DNA of 64,000 nt from an uncultured Gammaproteobacteria bacterium. Lineage in GTDB: Bacteria; Patescibacteriota; Patescibacteriia; UBA9934. The position numbers were made by a program, and so were the translations under genes. The stretch is from assembly GCA_964582615.1 (NCBI GenBank), contig CAZORP010000006.1, forward strand, positions 3,426 to 67,425, given 5' to 3'. The notes beneath the pieces were generated by a model that was not told where the DNA came from, ran no database searches, and was given only the letters and a program-made list of their open reading frames with translations. Position 1 is the stretch's first letter, and the number at the start of each line of letters is the position of its first letter. Shown piece after piece: positions 41,643-50,121 of the stretch.

Positions 41643-43002
41643 ATATTTTTCTTAATGTAGCAATTCTTTTCTGTATCGAAGATGAACTTTTATTAACTTC
41701 CTTCATGAAAGCCATAACTTCGTAATGAAATCCGTTATGGATTAGACGTTCGGATAATCGATCTAGCGATGATACGAAGTCGTCTTTTTCCTTATCGTGT
41801 AATCGCTCATGAATTGCCGAAAACTGATATGCTCTAGCTTCTTTAAGAAAATCATCATCAAGATACCAGGAAAAAAGTTTAACCCTTTGAGGATAGGTGA
41901 CCTTTTCCCAATTACAGGTTAAGGCACGATTCAGTAGGGGTAAACCGCGAGCTTTAATTTTCTCCCGCTGATCGCTGACGATTATCTTTGTCACCTCAGC
42001 GATAAAAAGGTTTGATTTGTCTGGATCTTTGTTTGATCCAGGCTGAAGCAAAATATCAAATAGTTTGTATGACCGGTATTCGATCATCTCATCGACAGTT
42101 CTGATAACCACCTTCTTTTGATTGATGGCTAAACCCAAAGCAAGCAGTTTTCTGGAAGCGCAGTAAATGACATGTTCAATTTGATCACGTTTTTTTACAA
42201 TGATTGCCTGGTCATCGGCGTATCGGAAATATTTTGCGCCAATTTCGTCGCAAATTTTCTTGATGTAAATATCGTATTCTTGGAGATAAAAGTTAGCCAA
42301 AATTCGCGAGCAGTCAGACATGGCATCTTGTGGCAACCCTACCGTTTGAGGATTGTAATGATTGATCGACTTGTTCCAGAAATTTAGGAAATGAAAAAGA
42401 AGTGAAAGTTCGTCACGATATTTTCCATCAAAAACTTCTCCTATTTTGCGTTTTAAAATGTCTAAATTAATAGAATCATAAAAATTGGCGATATCTAACT
42501 CAACCACGTATCCCTCGCTAGATTCCTTCAGTGAAACGTAAAGTTTCGCGTTGAAATCCTTGTATGCGATATACCACGCCGTTGGCGAAAACGACCACGA
42601 TGGCATTGATACTGTTGGATCGTAGAGATTTTCAATCTTTTTTTGTATTTCTGCTTCTTCTGCGTCTCTGTAGTTTAGACCACTGATGCTCCAGCCGCCG
42701 AAAGTATTTTCGGTTCTATTTCGAGCAAGTTTATGCTCGAGTCGAATAACGCAATAGTAATAAACGATGTAGTCCCTAATGGTAAAAACAGGAGAGATAC
42801 GAGCAACGCCAGATCCTTTATTGTGAGCAATGTAAAATTCTGGCTTTACTGGATGATATGTTTTGCTTTTAATTGCCGTATAAACCGACTTCAAAAGTTC
42901 CTCTTTTTCTTGGTAGGAAGAGGGGGTATTGAGAGGTAAATTCTGGAATGCTTTCCAGAATTTACGACCAAAAATCTTTTTGAATGATTTATAACTAATC
43001 AT
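41632..43002 (-). CDS. reverse transcriptase, probably UG/Abi-type (defence-associated), about 456 aa
   Basis: K..G..R motif (NKGSGVAR), LDIANFYDSI, GLPQ....SRILANFYL, FRYADD, LGLAINQKK; ATG 43002 or TTG 43023. Confidence 0.92.
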   Translation of the reverse strand: MISYKSFKKIFGRKFWKAFQNLPLNTPSSYQEKEELLKSVYTAIKSKTYHPVKPEFYIAHNKGSGVARISPVFTIRDYIVYYYCVIRLEHKLARNRTENTFGGWSISGLNYRDAEEAEIQKKIENLYDPTVSMPSWSFSPTAWYIAYKDFNAKLYVSLKESSEGYVVELDIANFYDSINLDILKRKIGEVFDGKYRDELSLLFHFLNFWNKSINHYNPQTVGLPQDAMSDCSRILANFYLQEYDIYIKKICDEIGAKYFRYADDQAIIVKKRDQIEHVIYCASRKLLALGLAINQKKVVIRTVDEMIEYRSYKLFDILLQPGSNKDPDKSNLFIAEVTKIIVSDQREKIKARGLPLLNRALTCNWEKVTYPQRVKLFSWYLDDDFLKEARAYQFSAIHERLHDKEKDDFVSSLDRLSERLIHNGFHYEVMAFMKEVNKSSSSIQKRIATLRKIYAN

Positions 43003-43015
43003 GTATACGTCAGAC

Positions 43016-44233
43016 CTATCCAAGAACAGTCATCACATTTAGTGACTGACTATATTCCGTGAGGAGATTAATCGATTTATCAATGGAGCCGATCACTGAG
43101 TTAAACAATTTTGTTTTTTCGTTTAAGTAATCAACGATTCTTTTTTGTTCGTTAATTTGAGGTAGAATGATCTTTAGGTTTTCAATCACTCCCATGCCAA
43201 TATTTTGTTGTGTCCCGTAAGACCAAGATAACTTAACCTGATCTTGAAATAATTTTGTTTGTAGAAAGAAATAAAGATATTCAGGCAAAACAACGTCCCT
43301 ATTTGCTCTGATTAGGGCAAGCGGTGACCAGATACTAAATTCCTCGTCAGTTTCAACTAGACCAATTCTTCCGGTTGTTGCGCCAGATTTCACCATAAAA
43401 ATATCACCCCGTTGTGGCTTACATTTTTTGCAGAATTCCTCATGATCTTCACGGCTAATGAATCCACGCTTTTCAGCAAAATCGATCGTGTTGTTTCCTT
43501 GAATTGATTGGGCTGAAAGGAATGGGATACCAGAATCAAGTATTTCCGGTGTCGAGTGTGGTCCGTCAGTAATTTTTGTTTTAACAACTTGTTTCAATGA
43601 ACGAATAAAGAAATCTTTTGGGATTTTTTCGATCCATGCAGTATTACTATTGATAAGTTCGACATCATTATTTAAGCCTCGCGTGATTGCTTGATGAATT
43701 ATGAATGCCCTTTGCTCATTTAGTTTTTGAATGAGCCTTTTTTTGTCTTCTATCAATCGTGTGATGATAGTCGAATTTGAATCAAGTTTTTGTACTACTT
43801 TTTCTTGATCGGCTAATGCCGGTAGTTCAATTTTCTGATTACCAATAAAAGTCCAATTTGCGCGAGGCATTTTAGAACCGTAGGTTGAGTTGTTGACCGC
43901 CTTAATGAAGTCATCAGCTCTCAGTCTGTACGCAAGAAATGCTGGATTAACCTTTTCTTTTTTTGAATTGAGGACCAGAAGTTCGCCCGTACAAACCCCC
44001 TCACTTTTAGCCAATACAACCTTCGCGAGATACGGACGAAGCTTTCCGAATAGAACATCGTCTTTTTGGTAATAACTAGTAACACCATCGGAAACGATTG
44101 GGGTTTCCGATTCAATGATCTTGCCCGTGCCGCTTTCAATATTTTCCAGCCCAAGATACGGCAATCCGTCTTCGGACTGACCTCGAGCTCCACGGAGCGG
44201 GGCAATGTATTTGATCTTGATAGATTCGCTCAT
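43016..44233 (-). CDS. hsdS: type I RM specificity subunit
   Basis: Two TRDs each followed by conserved P...EQ/DQ..I/V helices; GKLRPYL, GSKMPRA. Confidence 0.93.
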   Translation of the reverse strand: MSESIKIKYIAPLRGARGQSEDGLPYLGLENIESGTGKIIESETPIVSDGVTSYYQKDDVLFGKLRPYLAKVVLAKSEGVCTGELLVLNSKKEKVNPAFLAYRLRADDFIKAVNNSTYGSKMPRANWTFIGNQKIELPALADQEKVVQKLDSNSTIITRLIEDKKRLIQKLNEQRAFIIHQAITRGLNNDVELINSNTAWIEKIPKDFFIRSLKQVVKTKITDGPHSTPEILDSGIPFLSAQSIQGNNTIDFAEKRGFISREDHEEFCKKCKPQRGDIFMVKSGATTGRIGLVETDEEFSIWSPLALIRANRDVVLPEYLYFFLQTKLFQDQVKLSWSYGTQQNIGMGVIENLKIILPQINEQKRIVDYLNEKTKLFNSVIGSIDKSINLLTEYSQSLNVMTVLG

Positions 44234-44234
44234 A

Positions 44235-46247
44235 TTACAAACTTCCCATGAGCGTTGAAATTTCTCGCTCAAGCGTTTCTATTTCTTGTTTGATAGTCTC
44301 AATTGGACGTGGCGCTTCGTACTTATAGAAGAAACGCGTCACTGGGATTTCATAACCAACTCGACCTAGCTTTCCATCCTTGTGATCCGTGTAGGATTCA
44401 TCAATCCACGCATCTGCAACATACGGCCTCACTTCACGATCAAAGTACACTCGAACATCTTCGTTCAGTGGCACGTTTTCGCTATCTCGTAGGGTGCTAT
44501 CGGGTTCGATGTTCCCATCGGCAAGAGTGCAGACATCGGCATTTTCATCGCGTTCACCGAGCATTGATAAGATGAATTTCAGAACGGGTTTCTTAAGTTC
44601 AACACCTTGTTCGTCGCATCGCTTCTTGATCGCCTCGACAAACTTTTCTTGGTTCAAATACACCTCGTCACCGAAATTCTCGATAAGTTGGAGAAGCTTT
44701 TGTTTTTCCGGATCGGGCAAGCGATCCTTGGTCATGAAGATTTTCCAGAACACCTCATGCCCCTTGAGGCGTTGGATGCGCTCGGCTGAGGCCTGGAAGT
44801 TCATGCGCAATGGACGTTCAACGACGATTTGTCGATATCCGAAATCGCTATTCTTGAAGATCTTGGAGTATTCATTTTCGGTAAAATCCTTGTAGAGCTC
44901 AAGAACTTTCGATCGATGCGCTTCGGTGATTTCGTTGCGCTTGTTGCCTAAGCTCTTTCGCATCTTCTCAAGGAAGCCACGGGCATCAATGATTTGAACG
45001 AGACCCTTGCGCTTCTCTTCTTTTCGATTCGTCACGAACCAGAGGTATGTAGGAATGCCTGTGTTGAAGAAGAGTTGATCCGGAAGCGCGACAACCGCTT
45101 CGAGCCAGTCGTGCTCCAAAATCCAGCGACGGATTTCGCTTTCACCTTGACCAGCATCACCCGTGAAGAGCGGCGAACCGTTGAAGACAATGCCGATGCG
45201 CGAGCCTCCTTCACTTTCTGGTCGCATCTTTGAAATAAGGTGCTGGAGGAAGAGGAACTGACCGTCGGATGAGCGTGGAAGCCCCGCGCCAAAACGTCCG
45301 GCGTATCCTCGCTCAGCTTCGCGTTCGACGGCGTCCATGTCTTTCTTCCAGTCCACGCCGAATGGTGGGTTGGTCAGCATGTAGTCAAATTGCGTGCCGA
45401 AGAACTGATCGTTCGAAAGTGTGCTTGCGAGCGAGTGATCCTTTTCGCCACCCTTGATGTTGTCCGGATTTTCACCCTTGATCAGCATGTCGGATTTACA
45501 CATGGCGTAGGTGACCGGATTCAGTTCCTGACCATAAAGATACACGCCAGCATCCTTGTTCACGTCGTTACGGATGTACTCCTTGGCGATAGAAAGCATT
45601 CCACCTGTTCCGCATGCGCAGTCGTAGACGGTCTTGATGATGTGTTCCTTTTTCAGCTTCTCGCGGTCCGGGGCGAAGAGAATTTCGACCATGAGCTTAA
45701 TCACGTCGCGTGGAGTGTAGTGTTCTCCAGCCGTCTCATTGGATTGTTCGGAGAACTTGCGGATGAGTTCTTCAAAGATTGATCCCATCTCGTGATTGTC
45801 GACAACATCGGGATGCAAGTCGACCTTGTTCAATTCCTTGATGATGAGATAGAGCAGGTTGCCGCCCTCGAGCCTCGACAACTGGCGATCGAATTCGAAC
45901 TTTTCAACGATGTCCTCGATATTCGCGCTGAAGCCGCGAAGATAGTGTTTGAAGTTGGCGGCAATGTGGTCTGGATCTTCGAGAAGCTTTTCAAAGTCGT
46001 ATTCGGATACGTTGTAAAAGCCGACTTTCGAAGCGGCTTTTAAGACGGGGTCGATATCAATCTTCGCTTTCAGCTCATTGTATTGTTGGAGTACCTTTGA
46101 CTTTGTGGGTGCGAGAAGAGAATCAAGGCGTTTTACTACGACGAGAGGCAAAATGACATCCTGATATTCGTGTTGCTTCCAACTTCCACGAAGTATCTCG
46201 GCGATGTTCCAGATGAGCTGTGCCTTCTCTCGAAAATTGTTGGTCAT
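44235..46247 (-). CDS. hsdM: type I RM methyltransferase subunit
   Basis: AGEHYTPRDV, YDCACGTGGML, TNPPFG. Confidence 0.96.
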   Translation of the reverse strand: MTNNFREKAQLIWNIAEILRGSWKQHEYQDVILPLVVVKRLDSLLAPTKSKVLQQYNELKAKIDIDPVLKAASKVGFYNVSEYDFEKLLEDPDHIAANFKHYLRGFSANIEDIVEKFEFDRQLSRLEGGNLLYLIIKELNKVDLHPDVVDNHEMGSIFEELIRKFSEQSNETAGEHYTPRDVIKLMVEILFAPDREKLKKEHIIKTVYDCACGTGGMLSIAKEYIRNDVNKDAGVYLYGQELNPVTYAMCKSDMLIKGENPDNIKGGEKDHSLASTLSNDQFFGTQFDYMLTNPPFGVDWKKDMDAVEREAERGYAGRFGAGLPRSSDGQFLFLQHLISKMRPESEGGSRIGIVFNGSPLFTGDAGQGESEIRRWILEHDWLEAVVALPDQLFFNTGIPTYLWFVTNRKEEKRKGLVQIIDARGFLEKMRKSLGNKRNEITEAHRSKVLELYKDFTENEYSKIFKNSDFGYRQIVVERPLRMNFQASAERIQRLKGHEVFWKIFMTKDRLPDPEKQKLLQLIENFGDEVYLNQEKFVEAIKKRCDEQGVELKKPVLKFILSMLGERDENADVCTLADGNIEPDSTLRDSENVPLNEDVRVYFDREVRPYVADAWIDESYTDHKDGKLGRVGYEIPVTRFFYKYEAPRPIETIKQEIETLEREISTLMGSL

Positions 46248-46248
46248 A

Positions 46249-47154
46249 TTAGGCGAAGAGTTTTTGGTATCCCTTAAGGGTGAAGACGCGATTACGTTCG
46301 CCGCCGTCCACGATCTCGAGTAAGTGCAAGTCCTCGACGAGACGAGTCATGAGTTTATTAAGCGTGTGATAGGTGATCTTAAACTTTTTTCCATAAGCCG
46401 CCTCAATCTCTCGCACCGTGAATGCCTCGCGCTCCATGAAATACGGAAGGAGCTCAAGTGCTACTTTTTTGGGACGCGTCTCAAGGGAGGCGACGCTGTC
46501 CTTATATCGTGCCTCGATGATGCGGACGGCGTGATAGATGCTCTGCGTACGTTCTTCTGCGCGAAGAATGCTTTGCAAAAATTCATCAGGAGTTGTGTTC
46601 TGATCCTCAGTCATGAATTTCGCAAACGGAAGCATTGGACTTGGAGTCAGGCCAAAATGGACAAACAAAGCGTGAAGCAGTGCGTTCGCCATCACATGGT
46701 TACCTGCACGAAATGGAGCCAGTTTCAAAAAGGCAGTATGGATAAGATGAATCCTTGTGAAGACATCAATTCTCACCCGTCCCACGATTTCATTTATCGT
46801 TTCGTTAAATTCTCCTCCCACTTCATCCGTACGGAATTCACCAGGAAAATATCGGTAGCCGTCGGGATGATCAAAAATCTGTCGATGTAGTTTTTCAAGG
46901 AAAGGCGACCCCATTTCAATCTGCGGGCGCAGGGCAATAAGGGCTGACGCGTATCGCTTTGCACACTCGATATCACCATGAGCACTGGCCTTATTCTCCA
47001 AACGGGCTTCCGTCTGGAATGCCGCTTCGGCCTCATGGGTGAGTAGGAGCCTTGTTGGAGCCGACAACTCCCCCAAAGCCTCTCTCCAGGCACTCAAAAT
47101 ACCTGCAAAAAATGCGGCTTTTCCGATTGCTTCCATGTCTATCGTATTTTCCAC
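46249..47154 (-). CDS. Fic-like protein with degenerate active site and C-terminal HTH
   Basis: LHRQIF..PGEFR, APFRAGNH in place of HPFxxGNG, ERNRVF..Y tail; stop is 1 nt from the hsdM start. Confidence 0.75.
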   Translation of the reverse strand: MENTIDMEAIGKAAFFAGILSAWREALGELSAPTRLLLTHEAEAAFQTEARLENKASAHGDIECAKRYASALIALRPQIEMGSPFLEKLHRQIFDHPDGYRYFPGEFRTDEVGGEFNETINEIVGRVRIDVFTRIHLIHTAFLKLAPFRAGNHVMANALLHALFVHFGLTPSPMLPFAKFMTEDQNTTPDEFLQSILRAEERTQSIYHAVRIIEARYKDSVASLETRPKKVALELLPYFMEREAFTVREIEAAYGKKFKITYHTLNKLMTRLVEDLHLLEIVDGGERNRVFTLKGYQKLFA

Positions 47155-47350
47155 AATGTAATAAAATCTTCACTTATTTACATTGAGAAGTCTATCACAT
47201 CCTGCATACCAGTCAAGTAATCCGCTATAAAATTACCAAATTTACCCAAGATTCCTTCAATTTCGCAGAAGCCCCATGGGGGTAAGGAAGGGCTGTGAAT
47301 AGCCAATCAAATCGCTTTACGTGAATTGGTTTGTAAGCTATTATTTAGGA

Positions 47351-47466
47351 GCTTCACTACTCAGCCTAATAAAGGCCGAATTTCGGCTTAACCGGATCGC
47401 GCGCGATAAGCGGTGTCCGGTTAAAACAGTTCTAGCACGATCCGTGCTTGGGCTGGGTAGTGAAGC
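47351..47466 (+). ncRNA. candidate structured RNA (closing stem enclosing three hairpins)
   Basis: 19-bp stem 47351-47369/47448-47466 with two G-U pairs; promoter TTTACG-17-TATTAT ends at 47344. Confidence 0.6.
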
Positions 47467-47514
47467 ACCACCGGGCATCGCTTTTTGAATTATCGAGCGA
47501 TTCCGGGATGCTTT

Positions 47515-48648
47515 ATGGAATCGACTCTTCTAGAAAAATTACTATCCGTCCCCTCCAGAATTTTCGAACTTGAGAAGCGCGTTTCTTCTTTCAATGTGTT
47601 CGAGGCAACTGGCGCGGTGCGCCGTGAACTTCGGCACTCAGACTTCATCGGTTTCCTTTTTGACCCATCCGAAACGCATGGACTCGATGAGACCCTTTTT
47701 CAAATATTTTGCGAGAGCTTCGGCATAACCATTTCTCAAACTCCAATCATCACCGTATCCCGCGAGTGGGAGCACATCGATATCATGGTTCGCGACCGTG
47801 CGAATAAGGTTATCCTCGTCATCGAAAACAAGATCGACACATCGGAGCATTCAGACCAACTCCAGCGATACCGCAAGATTGTTGACGCCGCGTATCCAGA
47901 TTACGCGCGTCATTATTTTTATCTCACAAAAACAGGAGAGGAGCCGTCAGACAGCCATTGGGCAATTCTGAGTTATGCGGACGTTCGCTCGTTCATGGAG
48001 CGTCTTACTGACGAGTCCGTGAATGGTGACGTCACGACCGTTCTTACCCATTATGCAAACATGATTGAACGCCATTTTATGCCGGATAACGAAATAGCCC
48101 AGCTCTGCCGAAAGATTTACAATGACCACAAAAGAGCGATCGATCTAATCATTGAACATAGACCGGAGGGCGGAGAAGATGTTTTCGATAAGCTCCGTGA
48201 GTTGATCAACCAGTGTCCCGATTTCGAGCTCGACCACTCCGACGTGCACCGCATTCGCTTCGCCGTTCCGGCATGGGACAGTCTTCCCGACATGAAGACT
48301 TCCAACTGGACGCCGAGCAAGCGATTCGTCCTTTTCGAGGCGAAGAACAATGTCGACGGAACCGAACGTGTTCAGCTCAAGTTGTTTCTTGGTCCGACGC
48401 CAAGTAAGATGAGAGAGGAGCTATTCCAGCACGTCCAAGGCGCAAAAGATGCCTTCCGTCAGAGTCGTCGCGAGCTGGGTGAAAAGTGGGCGCAAATTTA
48501 CAACATGGAACTTCTTGGCGCGGACGATGTCCAGCATGACGATAAGCTGAAGATGCTCGAAAACAACTGGAATCACTTTTTACGACAGGATTTTCCGCTC
48601 ATCAATCAGAGCATCCGTGCATTCATCGAGTTACAAGATTCCAAATAA
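47515..48648 (+). CDS. PD-(D/E)XK nuclease family protein (PDDEXK_4-like)
   Basis: ELRHSDFIGFLFDP..HG, REW..IDI, VIENKI, QLQRY. Confidence 0.88.
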   Translation: MESTLLEKLLSVPSRIFELEKRVSSFNVFEATGAVRRELRHSDFIGFLFDPSETHGLDETLFQIFCESFGITISQTPIITVSREWEHIDIMVRDRANKVILVIENKIDTSEHSDQLQRYRKIVDAAYPDYARHYFYLTKTGEEPSDSHWAILSYADVRSFMERLTDESVNGDVTTVLTHYANMIERHFMPDNEIAQLCRKIYNDHKRAIDLIIEHRPEGGEDVFDKLRELINQCPDFELDHSDVHRIRFAVPAWDSLPDMKTSNWTPSKRFVLFEAKNNVDGTERVQLKLFLGPTPSKMREELFQHVQGAKDAFRQSRRELGEKWAQIYNMELLGADDVQHDDKLKMLENNWNHFLRQDFPLINQSIRAFIELQDSK

Positions 48649-48654
48649 CAGTCT

Positions 48655-50121
48655 ATGCTGACCAAGTCCAACTTCATGCAATTCCTCCGCTGTTCTTGCG
48701 AGCTTTGGCTCGTGAAGCAGCGGCCGGATTTGGTTCCGCCGACCGACCCCGCGCTCCAGCGCATCTTCGACGAGGGAAACGTGGTGGACGCGTGGGCGCA
48801 GAAGCTGTTCCCGGGCGGCGTGAACGTCGACGGGTTCGGCAAGCCAGCCGCTGAGAACACGAAGAAGGCGATCGCCAATGGTGTGACCGTCCTGCTCCAG
48901 CCGACCTTCATGACTTCGCAGCTGTCCTGTCGTTGTGACATCCTCACGAAGAACACCGACGGATCGTGGGACATCTACGAGGTGAAAAGTTCGACGGACG
49001 TGAAGGAAGAACATATTACTGACGTCGCCTTCCAGCGCATCTGCATCGAGGAGGCGGGCGTTCGCATCTCGCGCACGTTCCTCGTCCACGTTAACAACCA
49101 GTACGTTCGCAACGGTGAGATTGATCCCGAACAATTGTTCACGAAGGTCGACATCACGCACCAAGTTGAGAACGTGATGCCGATGGCGAAGAAGGAGATT
49201 CCTCGCGCCCTTGCCGTTCTCGACTGGGACAAGGTGCCGCGGCTCCTGCACGTCATGTCCTGCAACGACCCAGCCGAATGTGAATTCATCGCGTGCTATT
49301 TCAATACCCTTGATGGCGCCGAGAAGTATTCCATCGCCGCATCGCTCCCGAAGGATAAGCTTGTCGGGTTCTTGGAACGCGGACTCATCACGCCCGAGCA
49401 GGTTCCAACCGATGTCATAGCCGAACTTGGCGAGGTGAAGCTTCCTGACGTGAAGAGCGAGCCGACGCTGCATGTCGATAAGGAAGCGATCAAATCCGAA
49501 CTCGGCGGTCTCCAGTATCCGCTCTACTTTTTGGACTACGAAACGTATTTTCCGGCAGTGCCGCTCTTTGACGGCTACCGCCCGTACCAGCACGCGGTGT
49601 TCCAATACTCCGTCCACGTCGTGCGCGAGCCGGGCGCAGAGCCAGAGCATTTCGAATTCCTCGCGGGCGAATTGAAAGACCCCGCGCCGATGGTCGCGGA
49701 GTCCCTCAAGAAACATATCGGTGATACGGGAAGCGTGATTGTATGGAACGCCCGCTTCGAAGCCTCGCGCAATGCGGAAATTGGCGAGCACCTGCCGGAG
49801 TTTGCGAACTTCATGACGGACATCAACGACCGCATGTACGACTTGATGATGATCGTGAAGAAGGGTTACTACGTCGACTCCCGTTTTGGTGGCAGCGCGT
49901 CCATCAAAAAAGTTTTGCCAGTTGTTTGCCCCGAGCTTTCGTACAACGACCTCGCCATCCACGAGGGCGGCACGGCATCCGCAAGCTGGGCGACGCTCAC
50001 GAACGCCGCGATTCCCGCCGAGGAACGCGAGCAACTACGCCAGAACATGTTGGAGTATTGCTCGTTGGACACCTTCGCGATGTTTGCCATCTTCAAGAAG
50101 CTACAGATTGCGTTGTCGTAG
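48655..50121 (+). CDS. DUF2779 domain nuclease (N-terminal PD-(D/E)XK domain plus RNase H-like domain)
   Basis: LTKS.F...C, CDIL, YEVKSST, DVAFQ; LDYET..P..PYQ..FQYS; SIKKVLP; YCSLDT. Confidence 0.88.
   Translation: MLTKSNFMQFLRCSCELWLVKQRPDLVPPTDPALQRIFDEGNVVDAWAQKLFPGGVNVDGFGKPAAENTKKAIANGVTVLLQPTFMTSQLSCRCDILTKNTDGSWDIYEVKSSTDVKEEHITDVAFQRICIEEAGVRISRTFLVHVNNQYVRNGEIDPEQLFTKVDITHQVENVMPMAKKEIPRALAVLDWDKVPRLLHVMSCNDPAECEFIACYFNTLDGAEKYSIAASLPKDKLVGFLERGLITPEQVPTDVIAELGEVKLPDVKSEPTLHVDKEAIKSELGGLQYPLYFLDYETYFPAVPLFDGYRPYQHAVFQYSVHVVREPGAEPEHFEFLAGELKDPAPMVAESLKKHIGDTGSVIVWNARFEASRNAEIGEHLPEFANFMTDINDRMYDLMMIVKKGYYVDSRFGGSASIKKVLPVVCPELSYNDLAIHEGGTASASWATLTNAAIPAEEREQLRQNMLEYCSLDTFAMFAIFKKLQIALS

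Noticed and set aside
41632-43023. RT as a group II intron, DGR, retron or CRISPR-associated RT
   Set aside because: No flanking intron RNA, no TR/VR repeat pair or Avd gene seen, no retron NAxxH/VTG motifs or adjacent msr-msd space, and no cas genes or array in the window.
48631-50034. 467-aa antisense ORF
   Set aside because: Shadow of the GC-rich DUF2779 gene; no recognisable motifs.
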